Positions 10,356-20,095 of a stretch of 64,000 nucleotides of DNA are shown one piece after another. How positions within the stretch are numbered: the stretch's first letter is position 1; every line of letters begins with the position of its first letter. The position numbers were made by a program, and so were the translations under genes. Origin of the DNA: Gemmatimonadales bacterium (GTDB lineage: Bacteria > Gemmatimonadota > Gemmatimonadetes > Gemmatimonadales > GWC2-71-9); assembly GCA_041615815.1 (NCBI GenBank), contig JBFJCP010000012.1, positions 32,001 to 96,000 of the forward strand, read 5' to 3'. The notes under the pieces were generated by a model that saw nothing but the letters and a program-made list of their open reading frames with translations, was not told the DNA's origin and searched no databases.

Positions 10356-11126
10356 ATGCCCAACCACGATCTGCGCCTCGAGCGCCGGGGGCCCGTGGCC
10401 ATCGTCACGTTGGATCGCCCCCGTGTGCTCAATGCGTTACGCCAATCCATGCTGGATCGCTTGCAGGAGATCCTCCAGGAGCTGGCCTACGACGACGCTG
10501 TTCGGGTGCTGATCCTCACGGGCACCGGGCGGGCGTTCTCCGCAGGGATCGACCTGAAGGAAGTAGGACAGGGAACCACCCGGGCGTCTTTGGAACGCAC
10601 CCAGCAGCTCACCCGCGAGCTGATCGGACACCCCAAGATCGTTATTGCCGCGATCAATGGGTTGGCGGTGGGCCTGGGCGCCGAATTGTGCGTGGCCGCC
10701 GATCTCCGGATTGCGGCGCAATCCGCGACCTTCGCCTTCCCTGAGGTCAAACGCGCCCTGTTTGAGACCAACGGCGTGACCTATCTCCTCCCGCGCATCG
10801 TGGGACTGGGCCGAGCCATGGAGTGGTTTGTGACCGGCGACCCCGTCTCTGCGGCGGAGGCACACGCCGCCGGCCTCGTCAACCGGCTGGTAGGGGACGA
10901 CCAATTACTCGATCATGCCATCGAATGGGCCAACGGAATCGCCGCGAATGCACCGATCCCCGTCCGGTTGGTCAAACAGTGCCTGTACCAGGGTCTCGCA
11001 TCGGATCTCGAGCGCATGCTGGAGGCGGAAGTTGAAGGCGTGGTGTCGTGTCTCGAGACCGAGGACTTTCGGGAGGGTATCCGGGCGTTCGTCGAAAAAC
11101 GACTCCCGCAGTACGCCGGACGGTAG
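10356..11126 (+). CDS. Enoyl-CoA hydratase/isomerase family protein
   Basis: RAFSAGIDL, AAINGLAVGLG, FAFPEV, EDFREGIRAFVEKR. Confidence 0.9.
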   Translation: MPNHDLRLERRGPVAIVTLDRPRVLNALRQSMLDRLQEILQELAYDDAVRVLILTGTGRAFSAGIDLKEVGQGTTRASLERTQQLTRELIGHPKIVIAAINGLAVGLGAELCVAADLRIAAQSATFAFPEVKRALFETNGVTYLLPRIVGLGRAMEWFVTGDPVSAAEAHAAGLVNRLVGDDQLLDHAIEWANGIAANAPIPVRLVKQCLYQGLASDLERMLEAEVEGVVSCLETEDFREGIRAFVEKRLPQYAGR

Positions 11127-11136
11127 TCTGCGGTAC

Positions 11137-12390
11137 TCAGGTTGTTCGCGTCGTCCCCGCCCGCGCGAGATCAACGATGGCCGCAGCAGCCACGGCAATC
11201 TCCTCGTCGGTGTTGTAGTAGTGCGGCGAGATTCGCAGGGCCCAGTCCACGCGTTTCTCGGCAAAGTCGATCACCGCGAAGGCGGGCGTGGACACCGAAG
11301 TATTCACGCCACGATCTTCAAGCGCCGCATGAAACTTGGCGGCGTCCCATCCTGGCACCTCCACCGTGACGATCCCGCACGGCAGGGAACCGCGATCGAG
11401 GACGCGAAGCCCTGCTCGGCCGAACGCGGTTCGCAACGCGTTGCTCAATCTTGCGATCCGGGTCGCAATGCGCTGGATACCGACTCCCCGGGCGTACCGC
11501 GCCGCTTCGCCCGCACCCAGCACCAAGGCGTAGGCAAACTCCCAGTTCTCGAACCGCGCCGCGCCGGGGTGCAGCTCGTAGTGGTCGGGACCGGTCCAGC
11601 GCGCGCCTTGCAAATCGATGAAGAGCGGAGCGAGACCCGCCTCGAGGACACGGTCGGATACGTAGAGGAAACCGGACCCTCGCGGACCACGGAGAAACTT
11701 GCGACCGGTGGCACTGAGGAAATCGCAACCCAGGTCAGACACCTCCACGGGCAGCTGCCCCACCGATTGGCACGCGTCCACCAAGTAGAGCACCTCGTAC
11801 GACTGACAGATCTGTCCCACGGCGCGGACTTGCTGCACCAATCCTGAGTTGGTGGGCACATGCGTGACGGCCACGAGTCGTGGCCGCTCGCGCTCGACCA
11901 GCCGCTCGAGCCCTAGGACATCCACACCGCCCTCCGGAGCCACGGGGGCTCGCACGATCCGGACTCCGAGACGCTTGGCCAGCGACAGAAACATCAACTG
12001 ATTGGAGACATAGTCGTCTTGCGTGGTCACGATGGTGTCGCCCGGCTCGAAGGGCACGGCCGACAGAGCCTGAGCGTACGCGGCCGTCGCATTCTCGGCG
12101 AACGCAATATTCCTGGGTGCCGCTCCCACGAGCGCTGCCACCGCGACATAACTCTGCTGCACCGCATCGACCCGCATGGCCGCGGCCTCGTAGCCACCCC
12201 GTTGGGCCTCGAGCTCAATGTGGTCGAGGATCGCGCGGACCACGGAACGGGGCATGAGCGCGGCCCCGGCGTTATTCAAATGGACGCGGTGCTCACACCC
12301 CGGCGTTTCTGCCCGAAGCCGAGTGATTTCGGCGGGCGAAAACGGATCAGAAGTCGCCGGGTCCGTTGAGTCTGTGCCTGTTGGCCTCAT
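11137..12390 (-). CDS. PLP-dependent aminotransferase class V family protein
   Basis: HLNNAGAALMP, VDACQSVGQ, SATGRKFLRGPRG (PLP Lys), RISPHYYNT; lacks the RxGHHC persulfide Cys of SufS. Confidence 0.85.
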   Translation of the reverse strand: MRPTGTDSTDPATSDPFSPAEITRLRAETPGCEHRVHLNNAGAALMPRSVVRAILDHIELEAQRGGYEAAAMRVDAVQQSYVAVAALVGAAPRNIAFAENATAAYAQALSAVPFEPGDTIVTTQDDYVSNQLMFLSLAKRLGVRIVRAPVAPEGGVDVLGLERLVERERPRLVAVTHVPTNSGLVQQVRAVGQICQSYEVLYLVDACQSVGQLPVEVSDLGCDFLSATGRKFLRGPRGSGFLYVSDRVLEAGLAPLFIDLQGARWTGPDHYELHPGAARFENWEFAYALVLGAGEAARYARGVGIQRIATRIARLSNALRTAFGRAGLRVLDRGSLPCGIVTVEVPGWDAAKFHAALEDRGVNTSVSTPAFAVIDFAEKRVDWALRISPHYYNTDEEIAVAAAAIVDLARAGTTRTT

Positions 12391-12472
12391 CGACTCCGTG
12401 TCTCACTCGAGTTCCAAGTTCTGCTCTCCGCCCTCTGCATTCTGGATATCCAACGCCCACCGGGCGATCGCT

Positions 12473-14032
12473 TCAGCCTTTGGCGGGAGGGTCTTGCCCG
12501 GTACGCGCACGATAGATCGCCCGCACCGCATCCACCGTATCGGTCTCGAGCGGGGTCTTGTCTTCCCGGTAGCGTCTCACCCGTGCAAACCGTAGCACCA
12601 AGCCGGCGGGATATTGCGGACTCCGCTGCACATCGTTGAAGGCGACCTCGACCACCAGTTCGGGTCGCACGAACACGGTATGGCCATCGCTACCCACCGC
12701 CAGTTCCTGCAAACGCTCGGTTTGCCAGGCAAGCATCTGGTTCGACAGCCCCTTGAAAGTCTTTCCGAGCATCACGAAACCACCATGCGCTTGGTCGCGG
12801 GCGCCCAGATGGAGGTTGCTGAGCCACCCCCGCCGCCGTCCGTGACCCCACTCTGCGGCTAGCACGACGAGGTCGAGGGTGTGTGCCGGCTTCACTTTGA
12901 GCCATGCTCGCCCTCGACTCCCGGCTTCGTAGCACGTGTCCAACGCCTTGACCATGATCCCCTCGTGACCCGCGGCGCGCGCCGCATCCATGAAGGACTG
13001 GGCAGCCGCTGGATCATGCGTCACCGTGCTGGGGATCAGCAGCCGCGGGGCTGCCAAGTCCCGGAGAAGCCGCCCACGCTGTTCCAGATCTCGGGCGGTG
13101 AGATCGTCACCGTCCACGTACAGGACGTCGAAAAGAAACGGCGACAGCGGAAGGACCCGCCGAAGCCCATCCACATCGAGCTTCCGCCCGAATCGGCGCA
13201 TGGTGATCTGAAACGGATATGGTGACCCATCCGTCTGCAAGGCCATCACCTCCCCGTCCAGGATCAGCTCCCGTGCCGGAAGGGCACGAGTGGCTTCCAC
13301 CACCTCCGGAACGGCCCCCGTCACGTCTCGGAGGCGCCGCGAATACACGCGAACCTCGTCACCTCCCTTGTGCACTTGAATACGGGCTCCATCCAGTTTG
13401 TACTCCAGGGCGGCGCCCCCGAGAAGTCCGATCGCCTCCGCGGCACTCCCCGCTAGCTGCGCGAGCATGGGTTGGACTGGCCGGAATAGCTGGATCGAGA
13501 ATGGGGCAAGCCCGCTCGCCCCGCTCACCAACGTGGCTCGCGCCACGGCACCGAGGTCACCAGCGGCCATCGTTGCGCGACGTATCCGCGCGCTCTCGAG
13601 CCCCGTCGCGCGCGCCACGGCCTCGATCATGATCCCCTCGAGCGCGCCTTGGCGGAGGTCCCCGAGCAGCAATCGGACGAGAAACTGCTGTTCGGTCTGC
13701 GTGGCCTCGGCAAACATCGAGGACAGGAGTTCGCGTTTGGCGCGCGCTGAGCCCTTGCCTGCGATTCCCGCCATTCGCTCGAGGCGCTCGTCCACACTGC
13801 TCACCGTGAGCGTCGCCTCGCCGGCCGGCGGGGTCGCTCGGGCCTCCCGTACGAGGGCCGGCCCTATTCCCAATCGGCCTTGTCGAGGTGCGCCAGACAA
13901 GTACGCGATGACGATCTCGATCTCCTCTGGCGCCACGCAACGTAAGAGCGCGCTCAGGATCGACACTTTGTCAAGGCGTCCGCGTGCCGCCGCGACACGA
14001 TGGGACGTCTGCCCCAACTCGTGAAACAACAC
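12473..14032 (-). CDS. ATP-dependent DNA ligase
   Basis: EYKLDGARIQVH (motif I), ILDGEV, EGIMVK, WLKVK, LRFARV; start taken at GTG 14032, ORF extends to 14077. Confidence 0.92.
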   Translation of the reverse strand: MLFHELGQTSHRVAAARGRLDKVSILSALLRCVAPEEIEIVIAYLSGAPRQGRLGIGPALVREARATPPAGEATLTVSSVDERLERMAGIAGKGSARAKRELLSSMFAEATQTEQQFLVRLLLGDLRQGALEGIMIEAVARATGLESARIRRATMAAGDLGAVARATLVSGASGLAPFSIQLFRPVQPMLAQLAGSAAEAIGLLGGAALEYKLDGARIQVHKGGDEVRVYSRRLRDVTGAVPEVVEATRALPARELILDGEVMALQTDGSPYPFQITMRRFGRKLDVDGLRRVLPLSPFLFDVLYVDGDDLTARDLEQRGRLLRDLAAPRLLIPSTVTHDPAAAQSFMDAARAAGHEGIMVKALDTCYEAGSRGRAWLKVKPAHTLDLVVLAAEWGHGRRRGWLSNLHLGARDQAHGGFVMLGKTFKGLSNQMLAWQTERLQELAVGSDGHTVFVRPELVVEVAFNDVQRSPQYPAGLVLRFARVRRYREDKTPLETDTVDAVRAIYRARTGQDPPAKG

Positions 14033-14124
14033 TATCGAGTCACTCGCGGCTGCAGCGTGTTTGGCACCGCATGGCAACGGATTGGTCCAAGGGACGTACC
14101 GGCATCGCGTATTCTCCGATCACC

Positions 14125-14502
14125 ATGATGTCTTACGAACGATTGGATGCATGGAAGGTCGCTCATGAGCTCGCGGTAGCGGTCTATCGCGCTACCAACG
14201 GGGTGGCCGCGGATCGTCGCGAGGACATCGTGAGCCAACTCCGGCTCGTCTCCATCCTGGCACCGGCAAAGCTGGCGCACGGATCCTCCCGGCGCTCACG
14301 CAAGACGTTTCGGCGATTCGTGGAAATCGCGATCGGGTGTCTCGCGGAACTGGGATACCACGTGCGCCTCGCCGGTCAGGTGGGCCTCCTATCGAATTCC
14401 ACGGTTCAGCGCCTCGATGCTCAGCGGGGTCGGGCGGCGTTCTATGCGTGGAAACTGTATGTCTCGTTGGCGCCCACGCCGGATCCGGGGTCAGCGGATT
14501 GA
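14125..14502 (+). CDS. Four-helix-bundle protein (23S rRNA intervening-sequence protein/bAvd-like), divergent
   Basis: SYERLDAWKVAHELAVAVYRAT..SQLR..LAHG..FRRFVEIAIGCLAEL matches the family layout. Confidence 0.75.
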   Translation: MMSYERLDAWKVAHELAVAVYRATNGVAADRREDIVSQLRLVSILAPAKLAHGSSRRSRKTFRRFVEIAIGCLAELGYHVRLAGQVGLLSNSTVQRLDAQRGRAAFYAWKLYVSLAPTPDPGSAD

Positions 14503-14583
14503 TCCAGCGCGCTCGTTTGTCACGTCAACCCGGGCCATGACAACCACCACCGATACGCTCACGCGACGCCTCGTCCTCCGCTC

Positions 14584-15627
14584 TCAACGAAACTCGAGCT
14601 TCGTCACGCGCCCGCTCGGCCCCACTGCCCACCCCGTGCCGGAAGCCGTGAATCCGACACTCCAGTAACTCTCCTCCCGCAGCAGGTGCCAAGTTCGCGC
14701 GTTATCCGACGAGTAGGCCACGCCCGCGGGGCCCACGGCGACGACGACAGGATGCGCCGCGCCGGCATAGGCAATGCCGTAGACGGCGCCGGGAAAGGGC
14801 GGGCGGGCCGCCGGCGTCCACGTTCGCCCGCCATCGGCCGTGACCGCGACATTGTCGGTAAAGCCATTCGGATTGCGCAGCTCGCCGCCGGCCGCAATCC
14901 CATGCTCCCGATCTCGAAACGCCAGTGCCATGATGCCGGACGTGGACGTTCCTGCCACAACCGGCGCGGTAGTGATCGACCAGCTGTCTCCCCCATCCGT
15001 CGTGCGGAACACCCTCGCCGGGCCCCCTGCGCCGGTACCGATCCAGGCAAAGGCGGGGCGAGCCGTCACCAAACAGGTCCCACTGGCGGCGAATCCTCCC
15101 TCGCCGGCCAGGGCAGGCGGAAGACCCGCATCTGGCACCGCATTCCACGAGCGACCGCCGTCTACGGTCCGTACGATCACGAGCTTTCCGCCCACCGCGT
15201 CGCTGAAAGCGATGCCACGATTGGGATCCCAAAAATCGAAGCAGTCGAAGAACGCCTCGAGCACACGGTTGTGAAATTGCAGCGTCCACGTTCGCCCGGC
15301 GTCCACCGTCTTGTAGATACGCGACAGCGGGCCCGATCCGGCGCTCAACAGGTATGCCGTCCGTGCATCCACGGCGTGGACGTCGCGAAACTGAAGCGTA
15401 TCGGCGCCGGGAACAACGCCGAGAAACCACGTATCTCCGCCGTCCTCGGTCCGGGCGAACGTGCCGCGATGGCCCGAGACCCACGCTACACGATTGCTAG
15501 CCGCACTGACGGCCTGAAGGAGCACCGACGTGCCGGACACCTGGTCTCTCATCACCGGGCCTTCCTGCCCGGGGAGTGCCGTCTGCCAGGCAAGGCCCAA
15601 GCTCAACACGGTCACCGGTACACGCAT
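14584..15627 (-). CDS. Secreted BNR/Asp-box repeat beta-propeller (Ycf48-like)
   Basis: Signal peptide; repeated T-x-D-G-G-x-(T/S)-W Asp boxes; LQFRDVHA, FAASGTC. Confidence 0.85.
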   Translation of the reverse strand: MRVPVTVLSLGLAWQTALPGQEGPVMRDQVSGTSVLLQAVSAASNRVAWVSGHRGTFARTEDGGDTWFLGVVPGADTLQFRDVHAVDARTAYLLSAGSGPLSRIYKTVDAGRTWTLQFHNRVLEAFFDCFDFWDPNRGIAFSDAVGGKLVIVRTVDGGRSWNAVPDAGLPPALAGEGGFAASGTCLVTARPAFAWIGTGAGGPARVFRTTDGGDSWSITTAPVVAGTSTSGIMALAFRDREHGIAAGGELRNPNGFTDNVAVTADGGRTWTPAARPPFPGAVYGIAYAGAAHPVVVAVGPAGVAYSSDNARTWHLLREESYWSVGFTASGTGWAVGPSGRVTKLEFR

Positions 15628-15909
15628 GCGATCAATCGACTCCTACGCGGTGATCCCACCTCTCGGAGACATGACTTCCCAATCTGCTGAGGGACCAGGA
15701 TGAGGAATAGCACCTCCTTGCGCTCTCCCCGAGGGGGACCCCTAACGGGATGTGCCCCGCCGCATCATTTTACCCTCTCGGGTCGCGAGATCCGAGAGGT
15801 GCTCGACCGGGTTTGCCGAACCTAACGACGTTCCGCACCGGCGGCCGGGACGCTCATCCAATGCCCGCCGCCGCGCGATTCCGAGAGTTCCGCACAAGGA
15901 GTTTGGACC

Positions 15910-16767
15910 ATGAGCAAGTACGCCAATCCCGATGTCTTGGTCTCGACCGACTGGGTCGAGGCGCATGCCGGAGATCCCGAAATCGTCGTCGCTGAAGTCA
16001 ATGTCGACACGGATCTCTACGACAAGGGTCACGTGCCTGGCGCCGTGGGTTGGAGCTGGAGGACACAGCTGTGCGACACGGTACGGCGTGACATTCTGTC
16101 GAAGCGAGACATGGAGAAGCTGCTGTCCGAATCTGGCGTGAAGCCGGATTCCACGATCGTGCTCTACGGCGATAGCAACAACTGGTTCGCCGCTTGGGCA
16201 TTCTGGCAACTCAAGGTCTACGGACACCGCGATGTCCGCCTCATGAACGGCGGCCGGAAGAAGTGGGAGAAGGAAGGTCGCAAGATGGTGAAAGACAAAC
16301 CGTCGGTGACCAAGACGAAGTATCAGGCCAAGAACGCCGATCTGGCTCTGCGGGCGTTCCTTCCCGAAGTCCGCGAGCAGGTGGACAAGAAGAAGGTGGA
16401 ACTGGTGGACGTCCGCAGCCCGCAGGAGTTCAGTGGTGAGGTCCTTGCGCCCCCCGGGCTTCCCGAAACCTGCCAACGAGGCGGCCACATTCCCGGTGCG
16501 TCCAACATCCCTTGGGCCAAGGCCGTCAACGACGAAGATGGCACGTTCAAGAGCGCCGACGAGCTGCGCAAGATCTACCAGGAGGCCGGGATCACCGGCA
16601 AGAAGCCCATCATCGCCTACTGCCGTATTGGCGAGCGTAGCAGCCACTCGTGGTTTGTGCTCAAGTACCTCTTGGGATACGACGGCGTCAAGAATTACGA
16701 CGGATCGTGGACCGAGTGGGGGAATCTGGTGGGGGCACCCGTAGCGGTGGGGCCGAACAGCGGCTAA
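15910..16767 (+). CDS. Tandem-domain rhodanese/thiosulfate sulfurtransferase
   Basis: GHVPGAV, LMNGGRKKW, VDVRSPQEFSG, GHIPGA, active-site YCRIGERSSH, NYDGSWTEW; RBS AAGGAG. Confidence 0.93.
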   Translation: MSKYANPDVLVSTDWVEAHAGDPEIVVAEVNVDTDLYDKGHVPGAVGWSWRTQLCDTVRRDILSKRDMEKLLSESGVKPDSTIVLYGDSNNWFAAWAFWQLKVYGHRDVRLMNGGRKKWEKEGRKMVKDKPSVTKTKYQAKNADLALRAFLPEVREQVDKKKVELVDVRSPQEFSGEVLAPPGLPETCQRGGHIPGASNIPWAKAVNDEDGTFKSADELRKIYQEAGITGKKPIIAYCRIGERSSHSWFVLKYLLGYDGVKNYDGSWTEWGNLVGAPVAVGPNSG

Positions 16768-16790
16768 CGGCATCTTCGTCCGCGGTGATC

Positions 16791-16825
16791 GACGGGGCGC
16801 GCGTTTGCGCGCCCCGTCTTCTTTT
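16791..16825 (+). terminator. Intrinsic terminator after the sulfurtransferase gene
   Basis: GACGGGGCGCGC-GTTT-GCGCGCCCCGTC followed by TTCTTTT. Confidence 0.85.
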
Positions 16826-17102
16826 ACCGACGCATGAACTATATCACAAGTTGGGCGTGCCGCGAGACGCAGACCTGCCGATCGCAAGTCTCGTATCTTG
16901 GACTTGCCTACGAGTGTCGGCGATTCCCATACCTGTCTCGAAAACGGACGCCCTGCATCAAAACCTTACGCCTCTGGCCTCCGTCTCGGCTCAACTTCTT
17001 GAACTGGCAGGGATCTTATCCGGCACCGGCCGTCGGCAGCAGCCGTCCGCCCGTCGCGAGCGCGCCGTGCCGATGTTTGAACGACAACAGGAGACGAGGA
17101 TA

Positions 17103-17528
17103 ATGAGGAAGATCATTCGCGCAGTGTCGCTGACGTTTTCCCTCACGGCCGTGGCCGCTTGTAGCAGCCCCACCGAACTTACGGTACAAAACCTCGAAGG
17201 TACCTGGGATGCGTCTCAGATTTTGTTCACCAACCAGGCCAACACAGCCGAAACCGTCGAGGAGATTGCACTTGGGGCGAGCCTGGTTGTGACCGTGAAT
17301 GCTGACGGTACGATCAGCAGCTTGTACACCGACCCGCAGGGGGGCACCAGCTCCGATTCGGGCGCCTTGAATGCCGAAGGAACTCAGTTGACCCTCGCGG
17401 GGGACACCTTCCAGGCAAACTTATCAGGCGGCAGCCTCCGCCTCATCGATGCGACGAGCACCTACGACTTCGATAGCGACGGGACCGACGATCCGGCAAC
17501 GTTGACCATCGACCTGGTACGCCGCTAG
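17103..17528 (+). CDS. Putative lipoprotein (lipocalin-like)
   Basis: RBS GAGGA; lipobox VAAC; LEGTW motif; beta-rich. Confidence 0.7.
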   Translation: MRKIIRAVSLTFSLTAVAACSSPTELTVQNLEGTWDASQILFTNQANTAETVEEIALGASLVVTVNADGTISSLYTDPQGGTSSDSGALNAEGTQLTLAGDTFQANLSGGSLRLIDATSTYDFDSDGTDDPATLTIDLVRR

Positions 17529-17841
17529 ACAGACTGTTACCCAACACCATGCGGGCGTCCACCAGGGCGCCCGTGTGGCGTTGGCACCATCCGGCGGCCC
17601 GAACGCGAGCCCTCGCGCAAGACATTTCGAGGCTGCACCAACACGAACGTGTTCTTAGCCCGCCATCAATCGCCGCGTGCGCGGACAGCGGTGATCCACC
17701 CTATCACCACAACACCCCTCATGGACGCCCCAAGAGGTTCCTTCCCGCAGCCGACGGCGATCACGCGCTTAACACCCGCCCGCCGGTTCCGTCATACGGG
17801 CAGCAAGGGGACGAGAACCGAGGAAACAACGGGAGACGCAA

Positions 17842-18210
17842 ATGCGATATCTACAGACCATACTGCTTGCTGCCCTGCTCGCGGTGGCGTGGCCGATGGA
17901 CGCGAGCGCGCAGCGGCCCGACGCTCCTCGCACGGCGCGCAAGGCAATGGCCTCGCACCACCATGCCAAGCACCGCGCGCTCCGGCGCGACCGCCTCGAA
18001 GACAGGCGCGACCGACGCGAGGACCGCCGTGACCGGCGCGAAGATAAGTGGGACCGGCGTGAGGACGTGCTCGACCGTCGTCACGACGGTGGACGCCGGG
18101 ACCGTCTCGAGGACGTGCGCGACCGACGCGAGGATCGTCGAGACCGTTTGGAGAATAAGCGTGACCGGCGGGAAGACCGGCGAGACCGCAAGCGCGGATT
18201 CCCCGGGTAA
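17842..18210 (+). CDS. Secreted small protein with charged heptad repeats
   Basis: RBS GGGAG; signal peptide ending ASA-Q; (DRREDRR)n repeats. Confidence 0.7.
   Translation: MRYLQTILLAALLAVAWPMDASAQRPDAPRTARKAMASHHHAKHRALRRDRLEDRRDRREDRRDRREDKWDRREDVLDRRHDGGRRDRLEDVRDRREDRRDRLENKRDRREDRRDRKRGFPG
17989..18189 (+). repeat. Imperfect 21-bp coding tandem repeat (D-R-[RL]-E-[DN]-x-x, 8 heptads plus one 9-mer)
   Basis: DRLEDRR DRREDRR DRREDKW DRREDVL DRRHDGGRR DRLEDVR DRREDRR DRLENKR DRREDRR. Confidence 0.85.
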
Positions 18211-18251
18211 GCATGCCACGCCGCGGGCCTTAGGGCCCGCGGCGTGCACGG

Positions 18252-20093
18252 TTAATGGAACCTCCGGTACTGTGCGAGCCGATCCTGCAGCTTTGCCACC
18301 AGGGCCGGGTCACCCGAGGCCTCCGCCGCCGCGACGGCCTGTTCGGCCACACGGACAGCATCCGCGCGTCGCCCGGCTGCCGCGTACAGTGCCGCGAGAA
18401 GGTCGAGGGCACCGGGATCCCGCGATTCCGTATACTCGACCGCTCGCTCGGCTAGACGCGTCGCCTGCTGGACGTCGCGAGGGACACTGCTCGAATCGCC
18501 GAGCAGCTGCGCCCACGTGATCAGGGGACCCGCACCCTCCGGCACGAGACGAATTGCCTCTTCGAGGTGGGGAACCGCCGCGTCGCCGCGACCTGCTTCG
18601 ATGAGCGCCCGCGCGAGTCCGTGATGTGCATCAGCGTCGTCGGCACGGTGGCCAAGCGCCTCCCGGTAACTCGCGATGGCATCCTGAACGCGACCAGCTA
18701 CCAGATGCTCGTCGCCTTCGATGCGTGCCAGGTAGGCCCATCTCGAGACGTCGTCCACGTAGTACTTCCATCCGAGCTTGCGCTCGAGCTGGTCACGGTC
18801 CGCCGCTTTACGCGGCAACACCTGCACCACCAGGTCCGCCATTTCGTGTCGCGATGTGGGACCGTACCGCACGCGCTGCGGCGGGCTGCTGGGATTCCGG
18901 AGATTCGTGCTCGAGTTGTCATAGACGTAGCGCATGAACAATACCGAGCCTTCGGGCAACGCGATGGGCTTTCGATAGTGGTACTCGTCCTGCCAGTTGA
19001 AGTCCCAGTCCTCGATCAGGATGAGCCACCGGCGCTTGCCGTTCGGCAACCTGGCATACCCTTCCATCCTCGTCGCCAGGTAATGCGCGTGCGGATAAAC
19101 ACCCAAGACCTGCACGGCCACCGGGAGAGGGAACGAGTCCACGACCACATAGTCGGATTTGCCAGCGGGAATGTCGACGGTTCGTGATCCCAGCATAACG
19201 ACGCTGGGGTAACGCGCCGGCGGTTTCTCGGCAAAATGCAGACCGACGCGGGCCCGGATTTGTTCGGTCGCATCACTGGGTCGAAGATGGAGTTGGAGCA
19301 CGAGATCGGTGCCGGGATCCAAGCGCCAGGCGAGGCCGTCGCCGCGGCCAGATTGGACCCGTCCCGGCGTCCACCCAATGAAGAATCCCTCTGGGCTCGC
19401 GGCTGCACTCACGACCTCCATACCGTCGAATCCGGGCGCCGGATCGCGTGCATCCTCATCGCGAGACGATGCCGTCGAATCCACCATCAATCGAGCATGA
19501 TGCACCACCCGGTAGTTTCCCGGCCGTACCTCGATGGCCTCGACGAAACGAGTCTCATCGATCGGTACGCGCGCCACGAAGTTTCGATATTGCTCGCCGC
19601 TCCCCACCGACAGCGTGAACGAAGGAAAATCTACCACGAGGTCCGGATCGCCTAGCTGCCATCCATCGGGCCAGCGGGGCGGCTCTGGCGCGGTGGTAGG
19701 ATCGCCCTGCGGGGCCCCGTTATCCGCCCATCGGCGGATCAGCTCGATGTCGCGCTTGTCGAGTCGTCGCTCAGCCGCGAACTCTCCGTGACCGGAAGAC
19801 GGCAACCACGGTGGCATGAACCGCCGCTCGACGGCGGCCGCAATCAGAGGAGCATACTTCCGAGCGTCGTCGTAGGAGAGAAGGCTGAAGGGTGCCGGAC
19901 CTTCGGGCCGGTGGCAGACAGCGCAATCGCGGTACAGAATGGGAGCCACATCGTCGACGAAGGTCGGACGCTGTGCCTCGGCCGAGTCCGGGTGGAAGCC
20001 GAGCGCCAGCAAAACGAAGATCCCCAGACCACCGGTCCTCAGGCTGGGAGGAGTCCTCGCGGATGCAACATCCGACATGCAGCCGATGCCCAT
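18252..20093 (-). CDS. Exported protein with c-type heme motif, copper-monooxygenase (PHM-like) domains and C-terminal TPRs
   Basis: PTFVDDVAPILYRDCAVCHRP (CxxCH), RFMPPW, VVHHA, PHAHYLA, WDFNWQ, HEM, TPR-like tail; start ATG 2 nt after the upstream stop. Confidence 0.75.
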   Translation of the reverse strand: MGIGCMSDVASARTPPSLRTGGLGIFVLLALGFHPDSAEAQRPTFVDDVAPILYRDCAVCHRPEGPAPFSLLSYDDARKYAPLIAAAVERRFMPPWLPSSGHGEFAAERRLDKRDIELIRRWADNGAPQGDPTTAPEPPRWPDGWQLGDPDLVVDFPSFTLSVGSGEQYRNFVARVPIDETRFVEAIEVRPGNYRVVHHARLMVDSTASSRDEDARDPAPGFDGMEVVSAAASPEGFFIGWTPGRVQSGRGDGLAWRLDPGTDLVLQLHLRPSDATEQIRARVGLHFAEKPPARYPSVVMLGSRTVDIPAGKSDYVVVDSFPLPVAVQVLGVYPHAHYLATRMEGYARLPNGKRRWLILIEDWDFNWQDEYHYRKPIALPEGSVLFMRYVYDNSSTNLRNPSSPPQRVRYGPTSRHEMADLVVQVLPRKAADRDQLERKLGWKYYVDDVSRWAYLARIEGDEHLVAGRVQDAIASYREALGHRADDADAHHGLARALIEAGRGDAAVPHLEEAIRLVPEGAGPLITWAQLLGDSSSVPRDVQQATRLAERAVEYTESRDPGALDLLAALYAAAGRRADAVRVAEQAVAAAEASGDPALVAKLQDRLAQYRRFH

Positions 20094-20095
20094 CG

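Noticed and set aside
14125..14502. Avd of a diversity-generating retroelement
   Set aside because: No reverse transcriptase or TR/VR repeat pair seen in the window
11137..16767. Class V PLP enzyme and rhodanese as selenium-supply genes for the selenoprotein
   Set aside because: They are over 20 kb away, the PLP enzyme lacks the catalytic Cys motif, and no selA/B/C/D is in the window
17989..18189. Periodic DNA resembling a CRISPR array
   Set aside because: 21-bp in-frame coding repeats without unique spacers; no cas genes
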